DNA from: a virus
Length of the DNA: 64,000 bases
Reading direction: 5' to 3' (one strand)
IMG/VR virus record: IMGVR_UViG_3300047557_002769
Coordinates: 99,235-163,234 of that record
Position 1 is the first letter of the stretch. Each line of letters opens with the position of its first letter. Below the pieces are notes generated by a model. That model saw only the letters and a program-made list of their open reading frames with translations, made no database searches and was not told the DNA's origin. Position numbers and translations under genes: made by a program. This document shows positions 45,223 through 55,321 of the stretch, one piece after another.

Positions 45223-45747
45223 TCAATCAACTACTTTATAAATTTTTCCGGTACTGCTTATAGAAAAATTATCATCGTAAAGATCAGTTACTGCGTTCCT
45301 TGCACCTAGGATATCTGGGGCGTCATCAAACCAAAAAATACCACCTTTAACCATTAGTGGTGTAAGATAATTCACGGTATCGATGATCGATTTGTATTGG
45401 TCACAGTCAACATGCACGAAAGCAATATCTTTCATAGGTACAGCACTGTCGGGAAAGATACCTTTAACTACCGTAGCATAAGGTATGTTACTTTTTACCT
45501 CTTCAAATGATGTGTCGTTAAAATCACCCACTGCGTGCTTATCGCCTTTTTCTTCATCTGTGTAAGGGATACCTTCAAAGGTATCATACAAAAATATAGC
45601 TCGACCTTGTACTTCAGCAACATTAGCAAGTCTAACGGCCGACCCTCCTTTGTATACCCCTACTTCTACAAAAGAACCAGGAGGAGCTGTTGACGCCATC
45701 CCTATCATGTCGTTTAATACTTCATCAATAATAACAGATACTGTCAT
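45223..45747 (-). CDS. TylF/MycF-family O-methyltransferase
   Basis: VEVGVYKGGS, DTFEG, VHVDCD.Y, GG...FDD. Confidence 0.88.
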   Translation of the reverse strand: MTVSVIIDEVLNDMIGMASTAPPGSFVEVGVYKGGSAVRLANVAEVQGRAIFLYDTFEGIPYTDEEKGDKHAVGDFNDTSFEEVKSNIPYATVVKGIFPDSAVPMKDIAFVHVDCDQYKSIIDTVNYLTPLMVKGGIFWFDDAPDILGARNAVTDLYDDNFSISSTGKIYKVVD

Positions 45748-46496
45748 TCTCTACCTAGCTTCTTGTTAATATCGAGTAAATTTCTGAAGAACCCGTGTGT
45801 TTCGACAGACGCCATACATTCTAGATCTTTAGGTAGACAATGCCCTTTAAAACCCTTTAATCCATCATCAGGGCTAGGTACAACGGAATATTGAATACCT
45901 ACTCTTTCGTCAGCACCGATTCCTCTGCGTACAAGATCATAATTAGCATTGTACTTCTCGCATAGCTCATTGATCATATTATAAAAGATAACTTTTGTAG
46001 CTAGACCAGAATTCTGACCTAGTTTAACAATAGCTGCTTCTTCCCAGCTCATTAAAAGATACTTACTTCGATCTTTGCAGTAGCCTGTCTGTACAAGAAT
46101 ATCCATTAATTTAACAGTATCAGCTAATAAACCACCAAGAACAACTACCCATGGGTTGTCCAGTTTGAGGTCATCAGTCTGCCTCATAAACTCGGGGAAC
46201 ATTACAATTCGCAGTGATGTGTCAGCTAACCCCATAATATAATTAGGATTAATAGTGCATCTTATCGCTACAATACCTTTAAACTTATTGTCGATTAAAT
46301 TACTAACAACACTAGTAAGATCCTTATGATCGTCCGGGCCTGCTCTTAAGGTATCAACACAGACGATAGCTAGATCGTAAGGAGCAAAGTCATTAATGAC
46401 ATGCCCTTTATAAGGGTCGTGATAGTCAACCGGTACGTTAAATGTTTGACCTGTTGCCTCTCCTACTTTACCTTTACCAATAATAACAATTTTCAT
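45744..46496 (-). CDS. UDP-glucose/GDP-mannose dehydrogenase family
   Basis: G.GKVG, PEF, K...N..LA.K, G.GHCLPKD. Confidence 0.88.
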   Translation of the reverse strand: MKIVIIGKGKVGEATGQTFNVPVDYHDPYKGHVINDFAPYDLAIVCVDTLRAGPDDHKDLTSVVSNLIDNKFKGIVAIRCTINPNYIMGLADTSLRIVMFPEFMRQTDDLKLDNPWVVVLGGLLADTVKLMDILVQTGYCKDRSKYLLMSWEEAAIVKLGQNSGLATKVIFYNMINELCEKYNANYDLVRRGIGADERVGIQYSVVPSPDDGLKGFKGHCLPKDLECMASVETHGFFRNLLDINKKLGRE

Positions 46497-47059
46497 TCTT
46501 GATCCTCAGGAAGAACTTCGGTAGCTTTTTTCTTCTTAGTCTTAATATTTTTTCTTTCGGGTTCAATCATATCAGAATGTCTACGAGCTGTTTCTAAGAG
46601 CTGGTTAACAAATTCCTCATTACCGTCCGAATGAGCTATTAGCTGATCAATATCGATATTCTCTAACAGCTTATACTTAGTAGCTTGTTGTTTCTTTTCT
46701 TTTTGAATTCGACGAACAAATGCAAAGAATGTAATCTGAGTGTAGTATGCGAAAGGATTAGTGCCTCTCTCCGGGTCAAATTTCTCAACAGCTGTCAGAC
46801 AGTTCTCAATACCATCTGAAATCATATCGTCTTTAAACGTGTAGTTAATAAAGTTAGCCTTGTATGATAGGTGTGTAGCAATCTTTAAGAAGCATTCGCC
46901 AATATACTCACTTACCTTCGGCTTTTCAAGACCATTTTCTTTTGCATGATCAACAGACCTTCTATATTCTACAAGCGCTTCGTAGAATTTTTTATTATCA
47001 ACATAATGTGTTGTTTTAGGTGGTTCAATGATAGGTTGTTCTAACTGGCTTGTGCTCAT
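46493..47059 (-). CDS. 55: late-transcription sigma factor gp55
   Basis: HYVDNK, YIGECF, NF..Y....DMISDG, NPFAYYTQ. Confidence 0.95.
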   Translation of the reverse strand: MSTSQLEQPIIEPPKTTHYVDNKKFYEALVEYRRSVDHAKENGLEKPKVSEYIGECFLKIATHLSYKANFINYTFKDDMISDGIENCLTAVEKFDPERGTNPFAYYTQITFFAFVRRIQKEKKQQATKYKLLENIDIDQLIAHSDGNEEFVNQLLETARRHSDMIEPERKNIKTKKKKATEVLPEDQE

Positions 47060-47432
47060 GATCTTCGTCTTCTTCCATTAACTCGTCTTGTTCATCTTCT
47101 TGCATTCCGTCAAAATATTCTGGTATAATATTATCTAATGTGGTTTCATTTTGTATTTCATCGATATAGTTTCTATATTGTGTTTCGGTTTGCTCAGTAA
47201 TATCAGCAGTAACTAGAATATTTCTTGTAGAAAGCTCAAAAGCAGTACCTTTAGCTAACTTAAGCCAAGTCTGCATAATGAACGTTTCCATAATTATCTG
47301 ACCTACTGGTGTGCGTACAGAATAAACTAAAACAGGGTTAACAATCTTAACCGTGTCTTGATTTACTGTTTCACTTTCTACTGTACCCACGATCATTTCA
47401 CCATTGATTAGTTTGAATAACTTACAGTACAT
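47025..47432 (-). CDS. conserved T4-like hypothetical protein (Sm-like)
   Basis: KL.NGE.I motif; position between uvsW and 55. Confidence 0.65.
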   Translation of the reverse strand: MYCKLFKLINGEMIVGTVESETVNQDTVKIVNPVLVYSVRTPVGQIIMETFIMQTWLKLAKGTAFELSTRNILVTADITEQTETQYRNYIDEIQNETTLDNIIPEYFDGMQEDEQDELMEEDEDHEHKPVRTTYH

Positions 47433-48910
47433 CAGATCTTAACTTTTGCGAGTTGATAATCGAAATGCTCGTCATTATAAATTTTTACTCTTTCGATCAT
47501 ATGCAATAGTGTATAGTTTTTTCTTGTCTTCCATGTCATATCGTCACCTATGTCGTATAGATTACAGTGAGTCTTTTCATCGCCTTTGCGTAGACCGCGA
47601 CCGATAGATTGTAGGTTGCGAATTCTAGACTTGGTAGGTGATGCAAATATAATATTATGTAAGTTTCTAATATTTATCCCTGTGGAAAACGTGCCGTAGG
47701 AAGCAACAATAATAGCGTCTGTTTCTTTCTCAGTAATTTTGCGAATATTTTCTCTTTGTTCAGTATCTGTACCACCATATACAAAGAATACTTGTCTATC
47801 TGGTACTTTATTTTTTATCATGTCAAATAGAATCTGACCATGCTTTTCTACGTACTGAAATAAAACTAGTGAGTTGCCTTTTTGTGCAATAGCTAGATTA
47901 CGAATGAATTTATTTCTAGGCTCATACCCACAAAGAAAATCCATCTCATCTGGGTATTTAAAATCTTTATTAGCTTTCTTAATCTCATCAGGATATTCTA
48001 ACACAACCGCATATATTTTTAGATCTGCGAGCTGGTTACTATCCATTAGCTGTCTGGTCGTTGTAACCTTATAGACTGATCCGAATAGACCCTCTAATAC
48101 TAGTTTATGTGTTTTAGTACCGTCAAGTGTACCTGTTGTACCGATACGATAGGGTGTACTAGACATCTTGTGCATGATGCTAGTTAACGACTTTGCTTTA
48201 AAGGTATGAGCCTCGTCACCGTAAACTACTTGATAGTTTTCGAAAAACTTTTTAGGTAAATCGTAAACAGACTGCCAGGTAGTGATTACGATAGGTAAAA
48301 GATTTTCTTTAGAATGTCCTGCGTATATTCTCGAGCAATTATAAGAAGCCTTCCAGCCGTTATTCTGACTATAAGATTGAAAGTCAGAGTACATTTGCTC
48401 CACTAGAGATGTTGTCGGTACGAGAATGATCTGCCTGCGATCAAACTTTTCATTCCATCTAAGCAAGCAATAAATGATTAGAGACTTACCTGAACCGGTA
48501 GGTGAAAGGAGAAGACGTCTACCATCAGTAATAGCACGGTAGACAGCATCAAGCTGATAGTCGCGAATCTTCTCACCACCAGGCAGCGAAAGATCAAGAC
48601 CATCAACAAACTCCTTCACGTCTTCTAGTGTTACTGTATCAGCTTGTCTATTAAACTTTTCGTAATCAATAGTGTAGTTGTTAACTTCAGCAAAATGTTC
48701 GAGGTAGCTCAATAGACCGATGTATAGCTCTTTTGTAAGAATAGAAAAAAGTCTAATTTTTCCATCCCACATCTTACTGCGATATAGTGGATGGAATTTA
48801 GCACCGGGTGCATCAAAGCAAAAATGATCTGACAGTTCTTGTGCAATAGAAGGATCGCACTGAACTATCATATGAACTTCGTTCTTTTTTCTAATCGATA
48901 TATCTGCCAT
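47432..48910 (-). CDS. uvsW: UvsW DNA/RNA helicase
   Basis: RDYQ, PTGSGKS, DEAH, QSIGRGLR. Confidence 0.96.
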   Translation of the reverse strand: MADISIRKKNEVHMIVQCDPSIAQELSDHFCFDAPGAKFHPLYRSKMWDGKIRLFSILTKELYIGLLSYLEHFAEVNNYTIDYEKFNRQADTVTLEDVKEFVDGLDLSLPGGEKIRDYQLDAVYRAITDGRRLLLSPTGSGKSLIIYCLLRWNEKFDRRQIILVPTTSLVEQMYSDFQSYSQNNGWKASYNCSRIYAGHSKENLLPIVITTWQSVYDLPKKFFENYQVVYGDEAHTFKAKSLTSIMHKMSSTPYRIGTTGTLDGTKTHKLVLEGLFGSVYKVTTTRQLMDSNQLADLKIYAVVLEYPDEIKKANKDFKYPDEMDFLCGYEPRNKFIRNLAIAQKGNSLVLFQYVEKHGQILFDMIKNKVPDRQVFFVYGGTDTEQRENIRKITEKETDAIIVASYGTFSTGINIRNLHNIIFASPTKSRIRNLQSIGRGLRKGDEKTHCNLYDIGDDMTWKTRKNYTLLHMIERVKIYNDEHFDYQLAKVKI

Positions 48911-49350
48911 TACATCATACCGTTTGTAAACTTATGCCATTCTACCGCGGTTTTGATATCCCAGGTTCGGGAATTGATAGAACGAATAATTTGTTCGAGA
49001 GTATAGATAACTGTTTTGAAGTATTCCATCTTATCCTGCAGCTCGATTAAATCTTTATCGCACTGAAGGAACTCATCCATTTCGTTCTTCAAAGGTTTAT
49101 TACCTTGGAACTGCTCCCACTCCATTACAGCTAACTCTTCACGTGTCATCTCACCTCTATAATACCGGTACTTTAGACGCCTGGTATTATAGTAGTCTGA
49201 TTCAGCTTTACGTAGCTGTAAGCGAGCTTTAGAGATAAGGGTAATATACTTAGCGTGAAGTGTAGGTACTTTAGTAGACTCGCGACCGAGGTTAGTTTCA
49301 TCGATACGTGAGTCTTCTTCCCACATCTCTTGAATTTCAGTGAGTTTCAT
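48910..49350 (-). CDS. uvsY: UvsY recombination mediator
   Basis: W..D..ID, LHAKY, YY.G, R.W.IK.A.EW. Confidence 0.92.
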   Translation of the reverse strand: MKLTEIQEMWEEDSRIDETNLGRESTKVPTLHAKYITLISKARLQLRKAESDYYNTRRLKYRYYRGEMTREELAVMEWEQFQGNKPLKNEMDEFLQCDKDLIELQDKMEYFKTVIYTLEQIIRSINSRTWDIKTAVEWHKFTNGMM

Positions 49351-49366
49351 TATATAAAAGGTTCAA

Positions 49367-50251
49367 TTAGCTAACGTCGTCAGGTAGGTCAAGTGTAACG
49401 ACGTCCTTCTTCACCACCGGTTGTTCTTGCACAGGCGGTCCCCATTGAATGATAGCTTGAGGGTTACCCTGGAAGCAGAAATGACCGTAATGATTAAGAG
49501 AGATAGAGGGATCAAGCCAGATATCTCCACCGATATCTTGCCAGCGACGGCAGAAGGTATAATCCTCAGACAGATAGCGCTTATCAATCGGATCAATCAT
49601 AGTATCAAACAGAGCGTAGAAATTATCTGTTAGATGTTCATTATTAATCATAACATCGTTATTGTACTTAAGCTCAGGGTAAGCTTTAAGCAACTTCAGA
49701 ATAGCATCGCGCTTAATCATCATAAAGCCGGTACCAGCATCGTGCAGTTTTACAAGACCGTTTTCTACAGCAATAGTCTTATCGTCTCTATTCAAGAATT
49801 TAAAGTTAATCGCATAGTCTGAACCGAATGCAGCAATTTCTTTATCTGAATGCTGCTTGTTTCGACTACCTTCTTGCTGCATATTCTCTTTGATACGCTG
49901 CCATGCGACGCCCTTTTTAGGATATGCCCCAACAATAACGTCTTTATTGTGGACGTAAAGTTTTAGAATATCTTCTACCTGAAACTCAATATCTGCATCA
50001 ATGAACAGCAGATGAGTAAAATCAGAAGAAAGGAAATAAGCTAGAAGAACGTTACGCGCTCTCGTAACTAGAGACTCGTTTGCAATCGTACCGAATGCAA
50101 GAGGAATGTTATGCTGATTAAAAAAGGTCATAGTCTTAATGACTGACCTAAAATAAGGCTCCATCAACTGACCACCGTAGCAAGGCGTAGCGATGAAGAA
50201 CTTATTCTTACGCATATCGTCAAGATTCAATTCAATTCGTCTTTGGTTCAT
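49367..50251 (-). CDS. GT-A fold glycosyltransferase-like protein
   Basis: IATPCYGG, SLVTRARN, FIDADI, GTGFM, SEDY.FC. Confidence 0.75.
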   Translation of the reverse strand: MNQRRIELNLDDMRKNKFFIATPCYGGQLMEPYFRSVIKTMTFFNQHNIPLAFGTIANESLVTRARNVLLAYFLSSDFTHLLFIDADIEFQVEDILKLYVHNKDVIVGAYPKKGVAWQRIKENMQQEGSRNKQHSDKEIAAFGSDYAINFKFLNRDDKTIAVENGLVKLHDAGTGFMMIKRDAILKLLKAYPELKYNNDVMINNEHLTDNFYALFDTMIDPIDKRYLSEDYTFCRRWQDIGGDIWLDPSISLNHYGHFCFQGNPQAIIQWGPPVQEQPVVKKDVVTLDLPDDVS

Positions 50252-50278
50252 ACCGACTCCGTTAAAAATGAAATTATA

Positions 50279-50875
50279 TTATAACTGCTCTATTTCAAAA
50301 GATCTATACTTGAATGTAGCAGAAGAGGTTAAATAGTCAATGGTTTCAACCGTAACATCGTATGCAATTGGTTCTAATGCAATTGGGAATACGTCCTTAT
50401 AGGTGATTGATAAAGAAGGAATATTAGAAGAGTTAAGAATGATTAGCTTAGCATCCGACGAAGGAGGCAGGCTTAATGAATTTGTCTTTTTAATAAAAGG
50501 AAACCTACCCAAACGATCTCCTGCCAGTCTGGTATACTGCTGATAATTTTCCTGGTATCCTAGTGCCATCATCCAGTCAAAAATTTCGATGTAGTTAGCC
50601 ATATCTTCATCGATTATAAACTGAACTGTAAGATCACTAAATGCTATTTTATCCCCGATTACCGGAATGTCAATACCACCAGGGGTAGGCTGCATTACGA
50701 AGCCAAAAGAAACACCCGGAATATTAGCAACCTGGCAGGTATAAGATACGGCAGGAAGCTCTTGGAATATTAATCTGAAACCGTTAGGCTTTAAAAAATT
50801 TCTTACTGCACCGTCATTAATCTTAGCGATATCACTTAGTATGGTAGCATCTGAAGGTACACTTATATTTGACAT
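50279..50875 (-). CDS. 3: tail completion/sheath stabilizer gp3
   Basis: F.L..P, NIPG, PGD-like, F..DED..NY.EI..W. Confidence 0.85.
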   Translation of the reverse strand: MSNISVPSDATILSDIAKINDGAVRNFLKPNGFRLIFQELPAVSYTCQVANIPGVSFGFVMQPTPGGIDIPVIGDKIAFSDLTVQFIIDEDMANYIEIFDWMMALGYQENYQQYTRLAGDRLGRFPFIKKTNSLSLPPSSDAKLIILNSSNIPSLSITYKDVFPIALEPIAYDVTVETIDYLTSSATFKYRSFEIEQL

Positions 50876-50895
50876 AGATAAATCTCCTTATCAGA

Positions 50896-50903
50896 TATTT
50901 ATA
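50896..50903 (-). promoter_or_regulatory. T4-type late promoter
   Basis: TATAAATA. Confidence 0.75.
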
Positions 50904-50905
50904 AC

Positions 50906-50933
50906 AAAAAAAGAGGGAGCCGAAGCTCCCTCT
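50906..50933 (-). terminator. intrinsic terminator after gp23
   Basis: GAGGGAGC-TTCG-GCTCCCTC-T7. Confidence 0.92.
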
Positions 50934-50960
50934 CAAACCCGATCTGTGTCGGTTTTTTAA

Positions 50961-52292
50961 TTACATCAGGTTGACAACCTTGGTACGACGATAGTACTGG
51001 TTGCGGTTAGCTGTAAATGTATCGGTATCAGCAACAGCGCTGTTAGCGTTGGTTGTAACGTATGGGTTAGCAATCATGCCATAACGTGTCTTGAAGCCGA
51101 TCTTTGGCTGGAAGCTGTTAGGATCAACTGCACGAACCATTTGTAGAGGAACGTATGGGCAGTAGAAGATACCAGCGTCATAAGGTGATGTGCCCTTATA
51201 GCCAGCAACGTAGAACTGAGATGCAGCACCTAGGTTAGCTGAATAAGGATCAACATATACACGGAAGCGACCATTCAGAACACCAGCGAATGTGTTGCCT
51301 GTATCGTCAACGTTCAGGTTGGTAGACAGGGCAGGAGCGTAGTCTAGAACGCCAGCCATTGCTAGGGCAGAAGCAACGTCAGCAGAGCAGACGATGAAGT
51401 TACCCTTACCACGACGGGTGTCTTGACCAATGTGGTTAGCATCGCGTTCGATGTTGAACAGCAGACCCTTGAAGCGCTCAACAGACCAGCGGCCGTTAGA
51501 GTCAACGTCTAGGTTGAAGGTACCAGCAGTAGCGGTAGCAGGCGAACCTTGCTTAGCAACGGTATAGATAGTACGAACAACTTCACGGTTGATTTCAAAC
51601 ATGATTTCCTGAGACAGGATGTTTGAAAGCTCAGACTCAGCATCCAGACCGTGAACAGCCTTAAGATCTTGAGCCAGTTCAAGTGTGTACTCAGCCTTCA
51701 GAGCACGTGTACGAGCTGTAACGGTTGTCTTGTCGATAGCGAAAGCCATTGAACCGAAAGCGTTGTTAGCGCTATCACCCAGGGCTTCACCTTCGGCGGT
51801 GGTCATACCCTTACCAGTGGTGTAAGAACCATCAACAGGGTTAGAACCAGCGTGAGTACCGTTCTTAGGAGTACCAGCGTAAGCAGAGTCGAAACCAGAT
51901 GAAGAGAAGTCTGTATCAGCTTCGTTGAACAGAGCTTCGGTTAGACCGGAATCTGTACGAACGTTACCGTAAACAGAACGCATTGCGAAGATCAGGCCTG
52001 TAGGACCAGTCATTGGCTGAACGCCGCAGATGTCGTAAGCCATCAGGTTAGGCATAGCACGACGTACCAGACCGATCAGGATAGGATCGTAACGGTCGAT
52101 ACCGGCTGTTTCTGCAGAGTTGTTAGCAGGAGCTAGCTCTGACAGCATCTGACGCTCTTCGCGAAGAGCTTTCTCTTGGTTCTCAAGCAGAACCGCAGTA
52201 ACGGAACGCTTGTACGAGTCTTTAATCTCAGGTAGATCGCCGTGATTAAGAACGGCTCCCCATTTGTCCTGTAGTTGTTCTGATAGGTACAT
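50961..52292 (-). CDS. 23: major capsid protein gp23
   Basis: GVQPMTGPTGLIFAMR, RALKAEYT.ELAQDLKA.HG, FYCPYVPL. Confidence 0.98.
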   Translation of the reverse strand: MYLSEQLQDKWGAVLNHGDLPEIKDSYKRSVTAVLLENQEKALREERQMLSELAPANNSAETAGIDRYDPILIGLVRRAMPNLMAYDICGVQPMTGPTGLIFAMRSVYGNVRTDSGLTEALFNEADTDFSSSGFDSAYAGTPKNGTHAGSNPVDGSYTTGKGMTTAEGEALGDSANNAFGSMAFAIDKTTVTARTRALKAEYTLELAQDLKAVHGLDAESELSNILSQEIMFEINREVVRTIYTVAKQGSPATATAGTFNLDVDSNGRWSVERFKGLLFNIERDANHIGQDTRRGKGNFIVCSADVASALAMAGVLDYAPALSTNLNVDDTGNTFAGVLNGRFRVYVDPYSANLGAASQFYVAGYKGTSPYDAGIFYCPYVPLQMVRAVDPNSFQPKIGFKTRYGMIANPYVTTNANSAVADTDTFTANRNQYYRRTKVVNLM

Positions 52293-52320
52293 TACCTTCT
52301 CCTTTGTTGGAAATACTAGT

Positions 52321-52328
52321 TATTTATA
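52321..52328 (-). promoter_or_regulatory. T4-type late promoter
   Basis: TATAAATA upstream of gp23. Confidence 0.8.
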
Positions 52329-52330
52329 AA

Positions 52331-53431
52331 TTAACGGGTTTTGAGCGTTCTAGATAAAGCCTGAACGTACTTATTCATAGAGCTGTTATCTGCAAATGCA
52401 GCTGGATTGGTGCCAGCTTCTTCGACTAAAACTTTCTCGGGCGAAGACTTAACACCTTTAGGGAAATAGTTTTCCTTAATGACGCTAACTTTCTCACGAT
52501 AAAGCTCTTCGTTCTCAAAATCAACACCTTCCATTAGCTTCTTTAGTTTTTCAACTTCAGTAGCAGCTAGATCTTTGGTTTGTTCTTCAAAAATCTTTGC
52601 AGCTTTTAGCTCTGAAAGCTCTTTTGCAATAGCAATATTTTTGTTGATCTCTTCATCAAGCTTGCCCTCTAGTGAGGTAGCTTTTTGCTCTAGGTCTTCT
52701 AGAACATTATACTTTTCTTCAGGAACTTCAATGTAGTGTTCCTTGAACAGTGTCTTAAGACCGGTAATAAAATCTTCTGCAATTTCGGTTCTCAGACCAG
52801 ATTCAACTGCAAGTTGATTTTCTTCCATCCACTGCTCAACAACGTAATTAAGATAGCTATCAACTTTCTCAACTAAATGATCTTTGTATTCTTGTAGAGT
52901 GGCTTCGGTCTGCTCTTCTAGCTTAGCAGTTACTTTTTCCATTTCGCTATTTACGCGAGCGATAACTGCAGCTTCGAAAATAGAAGTAGCTTTTGTTTTA
53001 AAATCTTCAGAAAGCTCTTCACCGAAAATAGAGTTAAGTTGAGTAGAAATATCAACTTCTTCTTCAGTAATAGCTTCACCCTCTACTTGCTCTTCTTCCA
53101 TAGCAGGTGTCTTTACAGACTTGGCATCGCCCTTAGAGTCTGGTAGACCTGCCTTAGAGATACTAGCAGCTGATTTAGCACCTGGGTTAGTATCATCCTC
53201 ATCATGTGATGTGAAAGAGGCTTTCTCGGAAGAACCTTGCATTGGGTTAGATGCATCACCGGCTGTCGAAGCTTGAGCGGCTTTAGAAGTATCCTTCTTT
53301 GTAGCAACAGCAGCTTTGTTAGCAGCAGCAATAATCTCGCCTTCAGCTAGTTCTTTTTGAGATTCCTCAGCCAGCTGTTGCTTACCGGTAGTGCGGTTTA
53401 GCAACTCCTTAATTTTTTGTTCGACTGACAT
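52331..53431 (-). CDS. 22: prohead core scaffold gp22
   Basis: LSE.FK.KA..IFEAAV, VD.YL.YVVE.W. Confidence 0.93.
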   Translation of the reverse strand: MSVEQKIKELLNRTTGKQQLAEESQKELAEGEIIAAANKAAVATKKDTSKAAQASTAGDASNPMQGSSEKASFTSHDEDDTNPGAKSAASISKAGLPDSKGDAKSVKTPAMEEEQVEGEAITEEEVDISTQLNSIFGEELSEDFKTKATSIFEAAVIARVNSEMEKVTAKLEEQTEATLQEYKDHLVEKVDSYLNYVVEQWMEENQLAVESGLRTEIAEDFITGLKTLFKEHYIEVPEEKYNVLEDLEQKATSLEGKLDEEINKNIAIAKELSELKAAKIFEEQTKDLAATEVEKLKKLMEGVDFENEELYREKVSVIKENYFPKGVKSSPEKVLVEEAGTNPAAFADNSSMNKYVQALSRTLKTR

Positions 53432-53464
53432 CCGTTTTCTCCTAAGAGTACTGTTTAACGTTAT

Positions 53465-53472
53465 TATTTATA
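53465..53472 (-). promoter_or_regulatory. T4-type late promoter
   Basis: TATAAATA. Confidence 0.75.
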
Positions 53473-53480
53473 AGGTTTAA

Positions 53481-54125
53481 TTATTTGATCTTGTTTAAGA
53501 AGGTCTCAAAAAGCTTTAGCTTTGTTTCAGCTAAATTAGCTTTAGATGTTTTCTTAATCACTTGTTGAGCACGCTCAACATCAATGGCTTTCCAAACTCC
53601 GTTCTCAAGAACCCACTCGGCAGATTCCATAATGCCTTGAACGAATGCATCTGGTGCAGAAGGATCTGCAACAATATCAACTGTAGCTAGGTGGAAGTCA
53701 TCTTGTACTTCATTTACACCATTTTTCTCTTTTAGTGAGCCTAGACCGCGTGATGATACACCTAGACGTACACCTTCTTCAATAAAGTTTTGCGCAATTT
53801 TACCCATAGGGGTATCAAGAATCTTAGCCTTACCAACAATGTCATTACCTTCAAATCTTAGGTTGGTAATAAGATGTGATACTTTGTCTAGATTGATAGA
53901 AGGGTTGGGAGGATGACCTAGTTCACCTAGAGATCTTTTTTCTTGAATAAGAGATTGATATCTTTCAAGCTCTTTTTCCATAATGCCTTTTGGATACAGG
54001 CGACCATTTCTGTTAGGTTTTTCGGCCTGCATAAAGATACCTTCAATAAAGATACCTTTTTTACCGTTTTCATGAGCTTCAGTTAAATACTTAAGCTCTT
54101 GTGAAATTTCTTTAATTAGTTTCAT
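53481..54125 (-). CDS. 21: prohead protease gp21
   Basis: NRNGR.Y, GELGHP, GVSSRG.GS, D.VADPSAPDA. Confidence 0.96.
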   Translation of the reverse strand: MKLIKEISQELKYLTEAHENGKKGIFIEGIFMQAEKPNRNGRLYPKGIMEKELERYQSLIQEKRSLGELGHPPNPSINLDKVSHLITNLRFEGNDIVGKAKILDTPMGKIAQNFIEEGVRLGVSSRGLGSLKEKNGVNEVQDDFHLATVDIVADPSAPDAFVQGIMESAEWVLENGVWKAIDVERAQQVIKKTSKANLAETKLKLFETFLNKIK

Positions 54126-54517
54126 TATAGTGACCCTGGTCCTTGGTTTTGTCTGTTGGGATCATTATAACCAGCACCCTTACTAAATTGTAAGATACAG
54201 ACGCCTTCAGTCGATCCTAAGTCAACAACCACGTTAGCGTTTGCTTGCTCGTTTAGGTTCACACCAATATCAGCAGTAAAGTTAAATGTATCTGCTGATC
54301 CCGATGGCATTACCAGTATTAAATTACCGTTACGCTTAACGTTACCGCTTGCCGTAGTCATGAACGAAGCATCAGTCAGCATTAACTCTAAGTTAGCAGT
54401 AGTTACAGTTTGATCAGCGTAAGCTAGCTCGTAAACACTGATAGTAGCGTTTCCGGTGCCGGATACTTTAACAGCTGCCTGTCTTCGAGTATTCTTAAGA
54501 ATGTGTTTATCTGCCAT
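54125..54517 (-). CDS. hypothetical virion/prohead protein
   Basis: position in the head module. Confidence 0.55.
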   Translation of the reverse strand: MADKHILKNTRRQAAVKVSGTGNATISVYELAYADQTVTTANLELMLTDASFMTTASGNVKRNGNLILVMPSGSADTFNFTADIGVNLNEQANANVVVDLGSTEGVCILQFSKGAGYNDPNRQNQGPGSL

Positions 54518-54532
54518 TTTTTACTCTTTAAG

Positions 54533-55096
54533 TTAAGCTGTTTTATCAACAGGAGGCTTATTAGGGTTAGGCTTTTTTCTTAGATCACCTTTAGCGGTAA
54601 ATTTACCATACTTACGCTCATAAGCGTAGGTGCCTTTGGGTGGTTCACCGGTCATCTTTTTAGATGTGACAATAATTTCTGCTTCACCAAGTTCAGCTTC
54701 TTCTGAATAAGATCTATGTGAAACAGGATCGTAGCCACCTAAAGGATACTTATCTTGTGTAGGTTCAACAGGGCGCGCCGGTTTGTTTTTTCTTTCTGCC
54801 TCACGCTTTTTTAACATGTCCTCAGTTTCTTTTTTCTTCTGAGCTGTTGTAGTCAGTCGTGCGTTTGCAAACCCTTTGGAATGAGCCATCTTAAGAAAAT
54901 CAGCTGCAAGATTTTCATCCATTCCCTCGGCTACTTTTTTAGCTGTAGCTGTTGCAATGGCCATTTTTTTAGCCATAGGCATACCAGGATTCTCACGTTC
55001 AATAGCTTTTGCTACTTCTTCGCGCTTTTTCTTTTCAGCAGCTGTAAGAGTCTTTTCACTCAGACTCTTGCGAAGTGTCGACAGCGTTATTGTCAT
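54533..55096 (-). CDS. basic putative internal head protein
   Basis: K/E-rich; possible gp21-type cleavage sites; head module. Confidence 0.55.
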   Translation of the reverse strand: MTITLSTLRKSLSEKTLTAAEKKKREEVAKAIERENPGMPMAKKMAIATATAKKVAEGMDENLAADFLKMAHSKGFANARLTTTAQKKKETEDMLKKREAERKNKPARPVEPTQDKYPLGGYDPVSHRSYSEEAELGEAEIIVTSKKMTGEPPKGTYAYERKYGKFTAKGDLRKKPNPNKPPVDKTA

Positions 55097-55292
55097 CTGT
55101 TTCGTCCTGTTCCGTGTCTTGTTCTACTTCTTGTGTGTCGCTGTATACACCTTGCGCAACTTCTAGCTTTTTTGCATCTAAAGCATCTGTAAGCTTAGAA
55201 GATATAATAGAAGCAAATGTATCTTTAGCGGCTAAATTATCACCTGATAAAATACTGTCAATCATACTGCTGATATTACTTTGAACATCCAT
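55056..55292 (-). CDS. prohead core protein (gp67-like)
   Basis: small acidic ORF right after portal. Confidence 0.65.
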   Translation of the reverse strand: MDVQSNISSMIDSILSGDNLAAKDTFASIISSKLTDALDAKKLEVAQGVYSDTQEVEQDTEQDETDDNNAVDTSQESE

Positions 55293-55310
55293 AATTTTTC
55301 TCCTATGATG

Positions 55311-55318
55311 TATTTATA
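55311..55318 (-). promoter_or_regulatory. T4-type late promoter
   Basis: TATAAATA. Confidence 0.75.
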
Positions 55319-55321
55319 CCG

